Shown in pieces: positions 1 to 10,299 of a stretch of DNA of 64,000 bases. The notes beneath the pieces are model-generated. The model worked only from the letters and a program-made list of their open reading frames with translations. It had not been told where the DNA came from and searched no databases. The translations under genes were made by a program, and so were the position numbers. The DNA is from Mobula hypostoma. Lineage: Eukaryota. The stretch is from contig NC_086097.1 of the NCBI RefSeq assembly GCF_963921235.1, positions 246,948,001 to 247,012,000 of the forward strand. The letters are read 5' to 3'. How positions within the stretch are numbered: position 1 is the stretch's first letter; every line of letters begins with the position of its first letter.

Positions 1-1682
1 TCCTCAATGAATACTTCTCTTCGGTATTCACCAATGAGAGGGAACTTGATGATGGTGAGGACAATATGAGTGAGGTTGATGTTCTGGAGCGTGCTGATAG
101 TAAGGAAGAGGAGGTGTTGGAGTTGTTAAAATACATTAGGATAGATAAGTCCCCGGGGCCTGACGGAATATTCCCCAGGCTGCTCCATGAGGCGAGAGAA
201 GAGATTGCTGAGCCTCTGGCTAGGATCTTTATGTCCTCGTTGTCCACGGGAATGGTACCGGAGGATTGGAGGGAGGCGAATGTTGTTCCCTTGTTCAAAA
301 AAGGTAGTAGAGATTGTCCGGGTAATTATAGACCAGTGAGCCTTATGTCTGTGATGGGAAAGCTGTTGGAAAAGATTCTTAGAGATAGGATCTATAGGCA
401 TTTAGAGAATCATGGTCTGATCAGGGACAGTCAGCATGGCTTTGTGAAGGGCAGATTGTGTCTAACAAGCCTGATAGAGTTCTTTGAGGAGGTGACCAGG
501 CATATAGATGAGGGTAGTGCAGTGGATGTGATCTATATGGATTTTAGTAAGGCATTTGACAAGGTTCCACACGGTAGGCTTATTCAGAAAGTTAGAAGGC
601 ATGGGATCCAGGGAAGTTTGGCCAGGTGGATTCAGAATTGGCTTGCCTGCCGAAGGCAGAGGGTGGTGGTGGAGGGAGTACATTCAGATTGGAGGATTAT
701 GACTAGTGGTGTCCCACAAGGATCTGTTCTGGAACCTCTACTTCTCGTGATTTTTATTAACGACCTGGATGTGGGGGTAGAAAGGTGGATTGGTAAGTTT
801 GCAGACGACACAAAGGTTGGTGGTGTTGTAGATAGTGTAGAGGATTGTCAAAGATTGCAGAGAGACATTGATGGCATGCAGAAGTGGGCTGAGAAGTGGT
901 AGATGGAGTTCAACCCGGAGAAGTGTGAGGTGGTACACTTTGGAAGGACAAACTCCAAGGCAGAGTACAAAGTAAATGGCAGGATACTTGGTAGTGTGGA
1001 GGAGCAGAGGGATCTCGGGGTACATGTCCACAGATCCCTGAAAGTTGCCTCACAGGTGGATAGGGTAGTTAAGAAAGCTTATGGGGTGTTAGCTTTCATA
1101 AGTCAAGGGGTAGAGTTTAAGAGTCGCGATGTAATGATGCAGCTCTATAAAACTCTGGTTAGGCCACACTTGGAGTATTGTGTCCAGTTCTGGTCACTTC
1201 ACTATGTGGAAGCATTAGAAAGGGTACAGAGGAGATTTACCAGGATGCTGCCTGGTTTAGAAAGTGTGCATTATGATCAGAGATTAAGGGAGATTAAGGC
1301 TTTACTCTTTGGAGAGAAGGAGGATGAGAGGAGACATGATAGAGGTGTACAAGATAATAAGAGGAATAGATAGAGTGGATAGCCAGCGCCTCTTCCCCAG
1401 GGCACCACTGCTCAATACAAGAGGACATGGCTTTAAGGTAAGGGGTGGGAAGTTCATGGGGGATGTTAGAGGAAGGTTTTTTACTCAGAGAGTGGTTGGT
1501 GCATGGAATGCACTGCCTGAGTCAGTGGTGGAGGCAGATACACTAGTGAAGTTTAAGAGACTACTAGACAGGTATATGGAGGAATCTAAGGTGGGGGCTT
1601 ATATGGGAGGCAGGGTTTGAGGGTCGGCACAGCATTGTGGGCCGAAGGGCCTGTACTGTGCTGTACTATTCTATGTTCTATG
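1..1682 (+). mobile_element. CR1 LINE ORF2 (RT) and 3' end, degenerate, runs off the window edge
   Basis: ORFs 66-902, 903-1373 and 1309-1620 give KSPGPDG, DFSKAFDKVPH, SGVPQGSVL, KFADDTK and RPHLEYCVQFW. There is an in-frame stop at 900-902 and later frameshifts. Ends in a TTCTATGTTCTATG tail. Confidence 0.95.
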
Positions 1683-2149
1683 ACATTAATTCCTATTACT
1701 CCTCTGTACTAATTCCAGTTCTTTTGTACGAGTTACCCTGTCTCACTCCTCTGTAGAACTTACCCTGTTGCCCTGGCCCTCTCTGCAGAAGTTCTGTCAA
1801 CCACATTTGCTCCATTAAAGTTCAAAGTACATTTATTAATCAAAGTATCTATGCAGTTTACAACCCTTCGCCACAGACAGTCATGAAGCATGGAGATAAG
1901 CAAAGAAAACCATCAAACCCCCTCTCCCACCACGCGCAAAAACATATATTTGTACAGCTGTTACTCTGTCCCACTCCTCTGTAGAAGTTTCCCATTTTAT
2001 ACCCTATCCTAAAATATTTAGTTGTCTTTGAAACGTTCAGTTCAATTAAATGGGAAAGCTCTAACTTGCTTTACAGCACATGGCCCATATTTTGAAGCAA
2101 TTCTTTTAAACTACCACAAATTATGGTTCATTGTCATTTTAAGAATCAG

Positions 2150-3215
2150 TGTAATGTGAAACATATATACGAAAGGTCATGTGCATCTCCTCTAACCTGG
2201 TCTACTGCACTCAGTGCTCCCCCTACATCAGTGAGACCAGGCTGAGACCCAGTGACCGCTCTGCAGAACACCCATGCTCGGTCTGCAATGGCAATCCCAA
2301 GTTTACAGTTGGAGACTGTTTTGATTCTCCTTCCTATTCTCATTCCCACACTGACCTGTCCATCCCTGACCCTCTGTACTGCCATAATAAAGCCCTATGC
2401 AACCTGGAGGGCCAACACTTTATATTCTGCCTGTGTAATCTACAATCCAGTGGCATGAAATCTTTTAATCCTCTGGTCCTCCCATTTTGTCCCCTCCCCC
2501 CTCCCATCTCTGCCCCTTCCTCTTCCTGGCTCCATTACCCACTTCACACACACGTCCCCCCACCCACTCAAAAAAGAAATCTGTTTCCAACCATTATTCA
2601 CCTTAATCCCTTCTGGTTCCCATTTTCACCTCCTTTATTTATGTGAATCCAGAACTTGTAGCGTTTTGCATTCCTGTGCATCTCCCTCTAGCAGCTGTCT
2701 CTTATCACCCTCCCCTCTACCTTGTTCCATTTGGTTTACCCCTTTTTTGTTTCTCTGTACCTCCAACCAACATTCACCTGCTGCGGTCTTCCAACACCAC
2801 CCCACTCACCCTTTTCTACCTGGCATGAACTGTCTGTCACTTCTCACAGGCCCCTAACCTGGGAGTTTACTGGCCATCCGTGCTTCCACCCTCAGTCCTG
2901 ATACTGGGCTTTGACCAAAATAGCATTAGTTTCTTTCCTCCCTGAAGCACCTTCAATAACTCCAAAAGACTGAAGTTGGGTAAAATACTGAAAGGCTTTT
3001 ATTCGCTGTACAACACGACCTCCATGGTGAGTGTCTGCCCCCGGACTGAGGGGGAGGGGCAAGGCGAAATCACCTTTATTCAGGATTCTGTGGGAGGAGC
3101 CACAGGGGCAGTCGGCAGAGGGGCATGTCCAGACAGGTAACCCAGTTACAACATATATATGGTTTACTACAGTTTTACAGATGCTGCTTGACCTGTTGTG
3201 TTCCTCCAGCGGACT
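2150..3215 (+). mobile_element. Old Penelope-like element remnant (GIY-YIG endonuclease end plus pyrimidine-rich terminal repeat)
   Basis: ORF 2179-2646 begins CISSNLVYCTQC..YISET..DRSAEH..SHSHTDLS..EGQHFIFCLCNLQ, resembling the PLE GIY-YIG C-terminus. A degenerate terminal-repeat tail follows (2890-2940 and 3175-3210). Confidence 0.7.
2943..3171 (-). mobile_element. Probable solo LTR (~230 bp) inserted in the Penelope-like remnant
   Basis: The minus strand starts TGTAGTAAACC and ends GGTGCTTCA (TG...CA), with AATAAA ~55 nt from the end. It interrupts the PLE tail. No clean TSD seen. Confidence 0.5.
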
Positions 3216-4219
3216 GAAGATTCACTAGATTCTGGAATAGTTCTAGAGGTCTAGAAAATTGTAAAATGTCACCCTGCTCTTTAAGAAGGGAGGGGGGTAG
3301 AAGAAAGGAAATTATAGAACAGTTAGCATAACTTCAGTGCTTGGGAAAATGTTGGTGTCTATTATTAAGGATGGGTTTTTTGCATATTTGGAGGCACGTG
3401 ATAAAGGGAAATCTTGCCTGACAAAATCTGCTGGAATTCTTTGAGGAAATAACAGGCAGCATAGACTAGGAAGAGTCAGTGGATGTAATTTTTGACAAGC
3501 TGCTGTACATGAAGCTAATTAATAAATTAAGAGCCCATGGTATGACAGGAAAAATACTAGCATTGATAGAAGATCGGCTGACTGGCAGGGGGCAAAGAGT
3601 AGGAATAAACGGGGCTTACTCTAGTTGGCTCTCTGTGACTAGTGGTGTTCCATAAGGGTCAGTATTGGGACTGTTTCTTTTCACATTATATATGAGTGAT
3701 TTGGATGATGGAATTGGTGACCAATTTGCAGACAATATGGATAGGCCCGAAGGCAGCTGGAGTCAAGGAAGCAGGGAGTCTGCAGAAGGACTTAGGCAGA
3801 TTGGGAGCACGTGCAAAGAAGTGGTAGATGGAATATAATGTAGACAAGTGTCTGGTCATGCACTTTGGTAGAAGGAACAAAAGCATAGCCTACTTTCTAA
3901 ATGGGCAGAAAATTCAAATATCTGAGGTGCAATTTGGGAGTCCTCGTCCAGGTTTCCCTAAAGGTTAACTTGCAGGTTGAGTCAGTGGTAAGGAGGTCAG
4001 ATGCAATCTTAGCATTCATTTTGAGAGGCCTAGAATATAAAAGCAGGCGATGTAATGCCAAGGCTTTATAAGGCACTAGATAACCAGGTGACCCATTGGG
4101 GCACCCTTGGGGAGAAAGCTAGTGCAGTCTGATGTGATGTGCTTTAGAAATTAAAGAAGAAAAACTCAGTTTATTAAAGAAGAAAGACACATAGCAAGAC
4201 AAATATAGCTTCTCCTCGT

Positions 4220-5572
4220 TTAACGAAGGACACTTCTGATGACAACATTTCTGGTTGATCTGCCACTCCTCAAGAATACTCTAACATTTTCATTTCTTTT
4301 CCCCCCACTTAAAGCCACACACAGCTGACCATGCTGGAATACCGGTTTCTCCAAATAAATCAACACATTCTCCATGGTTTGGCCTTGCGCCTTATGTATA
4401 GTCATAGCAAAGCATGACTGTATCGGGAACTGGCTCAGCTGAAGAGGGACATCTTCCCCTTCTGATAAATAGAGAGTAATTCTTGGGATCATGACAATGT
4501 CATTTTTGAACTCACCAATGTTTATCTTTGCTACGATGAGACTATCATGCAGTTCTTCCACCATCATTCATGTTCCATTGCAAAGCCTTGGTGGATCCAA
4601 GTTCCTCATTGAAATAATGGGAGATCCCCTCTTCAATTCCAGTTTATGTGGTGGCAATCCAGACAGTTCGACCGCATCAAGGAATTCTGTTGGAAAATGA
4701 GTGGCGATAGCTCCTTCACTTACGGTATGGAAGGAACAGTATTCTTTCATGATTCCGGGGAAGCGTCTAATGCATGTGAAGTTTATTTTTCGCACCATTT
4801 CATTGAGAGGAACCAAGATAGAATTCCTCGAGAACAGTTCTGCAGGATTGTCGAATGTCGGGTAGATGAAATCAATGCATTCTTCCATAGTTTTTGCTGG
4901 CAGAATCATATCTTCAGGTAATTCGATTTCATCGTTTTCATTTTGCTCAATCTTGTCTTCTCCAACATCCAATAAGAACTCAGAATATCGTCTTTCTCCC
5001 TCACTCAATCGCATGTTTCTCTTCAATTGAAACTTGATGAAGCTTCTCCATAGGTAGGATTTTTTTATGCATGAATTCTCCACATCAGCATCATTTCCGC
5101 ATTTCACAACTGCTAGAAGCTGATGGAAATCGCCACAGCAAATGGTTAAAATACACCCGAAGGCCTCATTCTTGCCGCATACATAGCAAAGAGTCCAGTC
5201 CACGGCTTCAAAGCTCTGGCTGCTAATCATGGGGCACTCATCCCAGACAATAAGCGTCGGAGTATATTTTGGAGTATATTTACAGTATTGGTGTTTTTAT
5301 CGATGTTACAAAGGGCCTCTCCATTGACTTTGAGGGGTATTTTGAATCTTGAATGCGCTGTCCTACTACCAGGCATCAATGTTGCTGCAATACCTGATGA
5401 TGCTACAGCAATAGCAACGCCTCCATCTCTCCTAACTTTAGTGAGGATCAAGTTGATGATAAATGTCTTGCCCGTTCCTCCTGGTGCATCAATGAAAATC
5501 ATTGAAGAGGGATTCCTTTCCAAGCAGTGGCACACATATTCATATATTTCTCTTTGCTCATTATTCAATAGG
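4220..5572 (-). pseudogene. Helitron RepHel PIF1-like helicase domain, disrupted
   Basis: Motifs DAPGGTGKT, VASSGIAATL, GDFHQL, NLDPPRLCNGT*, FAMTIHKAQGQT and HGQLCVALS across ORFs 5227-5568, 4568-5230 and 4220-4567. Frameshift near 5260-5280 and a TGA at 4568-4570. Confidence 0.9.
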
Positions 5573-5573
5573 G

Positions 5574-5900
5574 TACTCTTTGCCGTATATTCTCTAGTTG
5601 ATCTTTCCTTTTCTCCTCTGTCTCTTCCTTTCTGCTGCTTCTCCGCCTGTTTTTGTCATTCTGGAGGTGTGCAGCCCTTTCATCCTTCGTCTCTTCATCT
5701 CTTCTACTATTTGTTCTGTCTCGCTGATCCTGGAGTCATGCGGCCCTGGCCTGATCCAATTCTTCTTCTCTCCTCCTTCTGTGCCTTTTGTTGTCATTTT
5801 GGAGACGTGCATGCCTCTCCTCCTCTGTCTCTTCTTCTCTCATCTTTTTTGTCCTGACTCTTTGATCCTGGAGTCATGCGGCCCTGGCCTCATCTGATTG
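5574..5900 (-). repeat. 69-bp (23-codon) coding tandem repeat, STPR-like, in the Helitron N-terminus
   Basis: Manual translation: QSDEARAA*LQDQRVRTKKMREE / ETEEERHARLQNDNKRHRRRREE / ELDQARAA*LQDQRDRTNSRRDE / ETKDERAAHLQNDKNRRRSSRKE / ETEEKRKDQLENIRQRV. Confidence 0.8.
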
Positions 5901-7261
5901 TTGTTCTCTCCCTCTCCTTGCTGCTTCACGATGACGTTTGGCATCATCTCTTGACCATAATATCCCCCTTCTCGTTCCATGTGGCATAATTAAGTTGTCC
6001 TTTTTTTTTACCCTAATGCTTGATGGAAGATACGAAGCAGTAACACCAAAGCCGCCAGGATGCTGATTTTTCTTGATAGTGTGGTTGACGCTCTCCTAAA
6101 TGGACGTGACAGCCCTGCCCTTTTGCTGCAGTTGGTGTCGCTGCTGTGAGCATCGTGAGGGGCTGCTGAGGCTGGCCGTGTGCATGCGTCGTGGTGTTGC
6201 ATCGCGGTTTCCATGGAAGGTGGAATCAGCTTGGGTTGTGGAAAGCAGGGCCTGTTGATTGACGAGTGAGCAATTTTATACGAATATATAACCCTGAACT
6301 TTGCATGCATTCTGTAAGTTAGTGCATTTTAAGTCGATTTAGTCAAAAAAAGTGCTGCTGTAATGCACCGTTTGGGCTAATTGGAGGTCACAAACAGACA
6401 AACAGCATGAGAATTTTAGTAGTATATAGATTGTTCAGACTGCACTTGGAGTATTGTTAGCAGTTTCAGGCCCCTTACCTAAAAGATGTGCTGGCACTGG
6501 AGAGAGTTTAGAGGAGGTTCACAAGAATTATTCTGGGAATGAAAGGGTTCGTGTATGAGGAGCATTTGATGGCTCTGAGCCTGTACTTGGCTGGAGTTCA
6601 GAAGAATGAGGGGAGATCTCATTGAAACCTATCAAATATTGAAAGGCATAGATAAAGTGGACGTGGAGAGGATGTTTCCTATAGTGGGGGGAGGGGGCTC
6701 TAGGACCAGAGGGCACAGCCTCAGAATAGAGAAACGAAGATTTGGAACAGAGATGAGGAAGAATCTCTTCACCCAGAGGGTGGTGAATCTGTGGAATGTA
6801 TTGCCATAGTCAGTAGTGGAGGCCAAGTCATTGGGTATATTTAAAGTGGAGGTTCTTGATTAGTCAGGGGTCAAATGTTGTGGGGAGAAGGCAGCTGCAT
6901 GGGATTGAGAGAGATAATAAATCAGCCATGATGGAATGGCCTCATTCTGTAACTGTCTTGTATGGTCTTGCGCCAGATACCAACATCTGCAATCTCATGT
7001 GCCGTGTATTTACGACTGAGCACGTATGGGCTCCAGAACTGTCCTGAGACCTTCCCATTGAAAATGACCTAGTCTGAATTAAACTGCTGTTTCTGTTTGG
7101 AAAAGCTGTGGTTATGAGCCATGAGTTGCAACACTGTGACTTGACCTGAGAGGTATTAATAATCCTCTGGAAACCTCCACATGAATGCATTGAACATAAG
7201 TATCTAAGCTGTTTATGCATGGCTGGTAACCAGTCGAGTTCTAGAATGAATTATCGTGTTG

Positions 7262-7508
7262 GGAACCCTGGCAGCATGGCAGTTAGTGCAACGCTATGAC
7301 AGCTCAGGGCATCAGTGTTCAAAGTTAAAATCCTAGTGTCCTCTATAAAGAGTTTGTAGATCCTCCCCATGGAACGCAGGGATTCTCTCCTGATCCCTCC
7401 AACATTCCAAAGGTGTGCCGGTTATTAGGTTAATTGGTAAATTGTCCCATGATTAGGCTAAGGTTAAATCGGTGGGCTGCTGGTGTCACAGCTCGAAGGG
7501 CCTGTTAC
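7262..7508 (+). mobile_element. tRNA-derived HE1/V-type SINE; its tail continues at 10124-10170 after a LINE insertion
   Basis: Similar to the SINE copy at 42296-42590. The tail ...GAAGGGCCTGTTAC|ACACTGCATCTCAAAATAAATG is split by the LINE. Confidence 0.7.
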
Positions 7509-10123
7509 TTTACTTTATTGTCACCAAACAATTGATAATAGAGTGTACAATCATCACAGCGATATTTGATTCTGCGCTTCGCGCTCCCTGGAGTACAAAT
7601 CGATAGTAAATAGTTAAAACTTAAATTATAAATCATAAATAGAAAATAGAAAATGGAAAGTAAGGTAGTGCAAAAAACCAAGAGGCAGGTCCGGATGTTT
7701 GGAGGGTACGGCCCAGATCCGGGTCAGGATCCATTCAGCAGTCTTATCACAGTTGGAAAGAAGCTGTTCCCAAATCTGGCCGTATGAGTCTTCAAGCTCC
7801 TGAGCCTTTTCCCAGAGGGAAGAGGGACGAAAAGTGTGTTGGCTGGGTGGGTCGTGTCCTTGATTATCCTGGCAGCACTGCTCCCACAGCGTGCGGTGTA
7901 AAGTGAGTCCAAGGACGGAAGATTGGTTTGTGTGATGTGCTGGGCTGTGTTCACGATTTTCTGCAGTTTCTTTCGGTCTTGGACAGGATAACTTCCGTAC
8001 CAGGTTGTAATGCACCCTAGAATAAGGCTTTCTACGGTGCAGCTATAAAAAATTAGTGAGTGTTTCAGGGGACAGGCCAAATTTCTTTAGCTTTCTCAGG
8101 AAGTAAAGGTGCTGTTGGGCCTTCTTGGCAGTGGACTCTGCTTGGTTGGACCAAGTCAGGTCATTTGTGATAATGACCCCGAGGAGCTTAAAGCTTTTGA
8201 CCTGTTCCACTTGCACACCACCGATGTAAATTGGGTCATGCAGTCTGCTACTCCTGCTGAAGTCAACAACCAATTCCTTTGTCTTGCTGACGTTGAGGGA
8301 ACCATACCACCAGGTTCTTAATTTCGCCTCTGTACTCAAACTCATCATTACCCGAGATAGGGCCTACAATTGTGGTGTCATCAGCAAACTTATATATTGA
8401 GTTTGATGGAAACTTGGCTACACAATCATGGGTGTACAGTGAGTACAGTAGGGGGCTGAGTACACAGCCTTGTGGGGTACTGGTGCTCAGAGTGGTTGTA
8501 GAGGAGAGCTTGTCCCCTATTTTTACAGCCTGGGTCCTGTCTGTGAGAAAGTTGAAGATCCAGCTGCAGATCTGAGTGCTAAGGCCCAGGTTCTGGAGCG
8601 TAGGAATCAGTTTATTTGGAATGATGGTTTTAAAGGCAGAGCTGTAGTCCCTTCTAACGTCCTCCTCGGTGACGATGAATCTCGATGCCACCAGGTCCGG
8701 TTCATCCGGAGGGAGCGGGATGCTCCTCTTCTGTTCGAATCTTGCGTAGAATATGTTAAGTTCGTCAGGAAGAGAAGCGCTACAGTTATTGATATTCCCA
8801 GCTTTTTCTTTGCGCCCAGTGATCTCATTTAGACCCTGCCATAGTCTACTGCCATCCCTTTGGTTAGCCTGGGCTTCCAACTTGGTTCGATATTGCCTCT
8901 TGGCGCTCTTAATGGCTTTCCGGAGTTCACGCCTGGATTCCGTGTAGCGACTGGTATCCCCGGACCTAAAAGCCGCAGCTCTAGCCTTCAAAAGGGACTT
9001 GACCTCATAATTCATCCAAAGTTTCCGGTTAGGGAATACCTGGATCGTCTTGCGAGACACATAGTCCTCTGTGCATTTTCAGATAAAGTCCGTGACAGCT
9101 GAGGCATACTCATCGAGGTTAGCTGCCAAGTCCTTGAATACTAACCAGTCCACCGATTCAAAGCGGTCACGGAGGACCTCATCCGTTTCCTCCGTCCAAC
9201 GCGACACCACTTTTGACACCGTGACCTCCCGCTTCAGTTTCTGTTTGTAAGCCGGGAGGAGTACGGCCTGATGGTCCGATTTTCCGAAGTGAGGTCGTGG
9301 GACGGAACGGTAGGCATCCTTGACTTGTGTAGCAGTGGTCAAGTATATTCGGGCCTCTAGTAGGGCAGGAGACATGTTGGTATAATTTTGGCAGTGCCTT
9401 TCTGAGGTTGGCCTGGTTGAAGTCCCCGGCTGTAATGAGCAAAACCTCCGGATACCTGGTCTCAAGTTCACTGATGTTGGCATACAGTATGTTCAGAGCA
9501 CACTCCACGTCCGCTTGGGGGGGGAATGTAGACTGCTGTCAGTATGACCGAGGTGAATTCCCGTGGCAGATAGTAGGGACAACACTTCACCGACAGGTGT
9601 TCCATGTCCGGGCTGCAGGAGCTTGTCAGTGCCACTGTGTCCGAGCACCATGCAGTGTTGATCAGTAGGCAGACACCACCTCCCCTCTTCTTGCCCGAAG
9701 ACGCCGTGTGGTCCATCCGATGGATCGAAAATCTCTCTGGTCAGATGGCACAGTCAGGGTTGGCAGGGGAGAGCCAGGTCTCGGTGAAACAGAATACACA
9801 GCAGTTCTGCATCTCCCTGCAGTAGGTGAGTCTCGCTTTAAGATCATCCACCTTGTTCTCTATAGCTTGCACATTAGCTAGTAGGATGGTGGGCATAGGG
9901 ACCCTGAAGCCCCTCAGCTTCAATCTGCCCAGCAGCCCAGCTCTTTTCCCAGGCTTCCTCGGTAAATAGTGCATCTTTCCAGGTTTCCATCGATGCAGTG
10001 AGTTGTTGATCTTGCTAGATGTAGCAGGTTGGAGGTTTAGAAGTGTTTCTCGGGTACAGGATATTGTAGAGGGCAGTTTGCTCGGGAGAGCACGCGCAAA
10101 GTCGCCAGATACCGGCGCCATCT
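7509..10123 (-). mobile_element. Rex1/Babar-type LINE with both ends and an internal RT deletion
   Basis: APE endonuclease motifs (LLANVQAIENK, FTETW, VYIPP, AGDFNQA, SDH) and RT motifs (DYSSAF, PQGCVLSPLLYSLYTHDC, KFADDT). 3' end ACAATAAAGTAAA. TSD TGTTAC at 7503-7508 and 10124-10129. Confidence 0.88.
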
Positions 10124-10299
10124 TGTTACACACTGCATCTCAAAATAAATGAAAAAATAAATGAAATAAAGAGAAGTCTTTAATACAGCTTCGACCAGCG
10201 ACCAATCCGGATATCAGAGGTTTGGAGAGGATGGGATTTCAGTCAGGTTCACTGCCCAAGGATAAAAGGTATGAGCAGTTGTAGCTGTGTAATAGTTGA

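Larger units (their letters stand above)
4076..6430 (-). mobile_element. Helitron, internally deleted, with both termini intact
   Basis: Minus strand 5' TCTATATAC... and 3' ...GGTTATCTAG, inserted between host A and T with no TSD. A 19-nt hairpin (4087-4105) lies 11 nt from the 3' end. Encodes PIF1-family helicase remnants. Confidence 0.93.
3224..6970 (+). mobile_element. Degenerate CR1 ORF2/3' end split by a Helitron (3224-4075 and 6431-~6970)
   Basis: CR1 RT and 3' homology on both sides. The sequence rejoins as ...TTTATAAGGCA|TTGTTCAGACTGCACTTGGAGTATTG when 4076-6430 is removed. Confidence 0.88.

Noticed and set aside
4220..5568. Host PIF1 helicase gene
   Set aside because: Intronless, disrupted and enclosed by Helitron termini inside a CR1.
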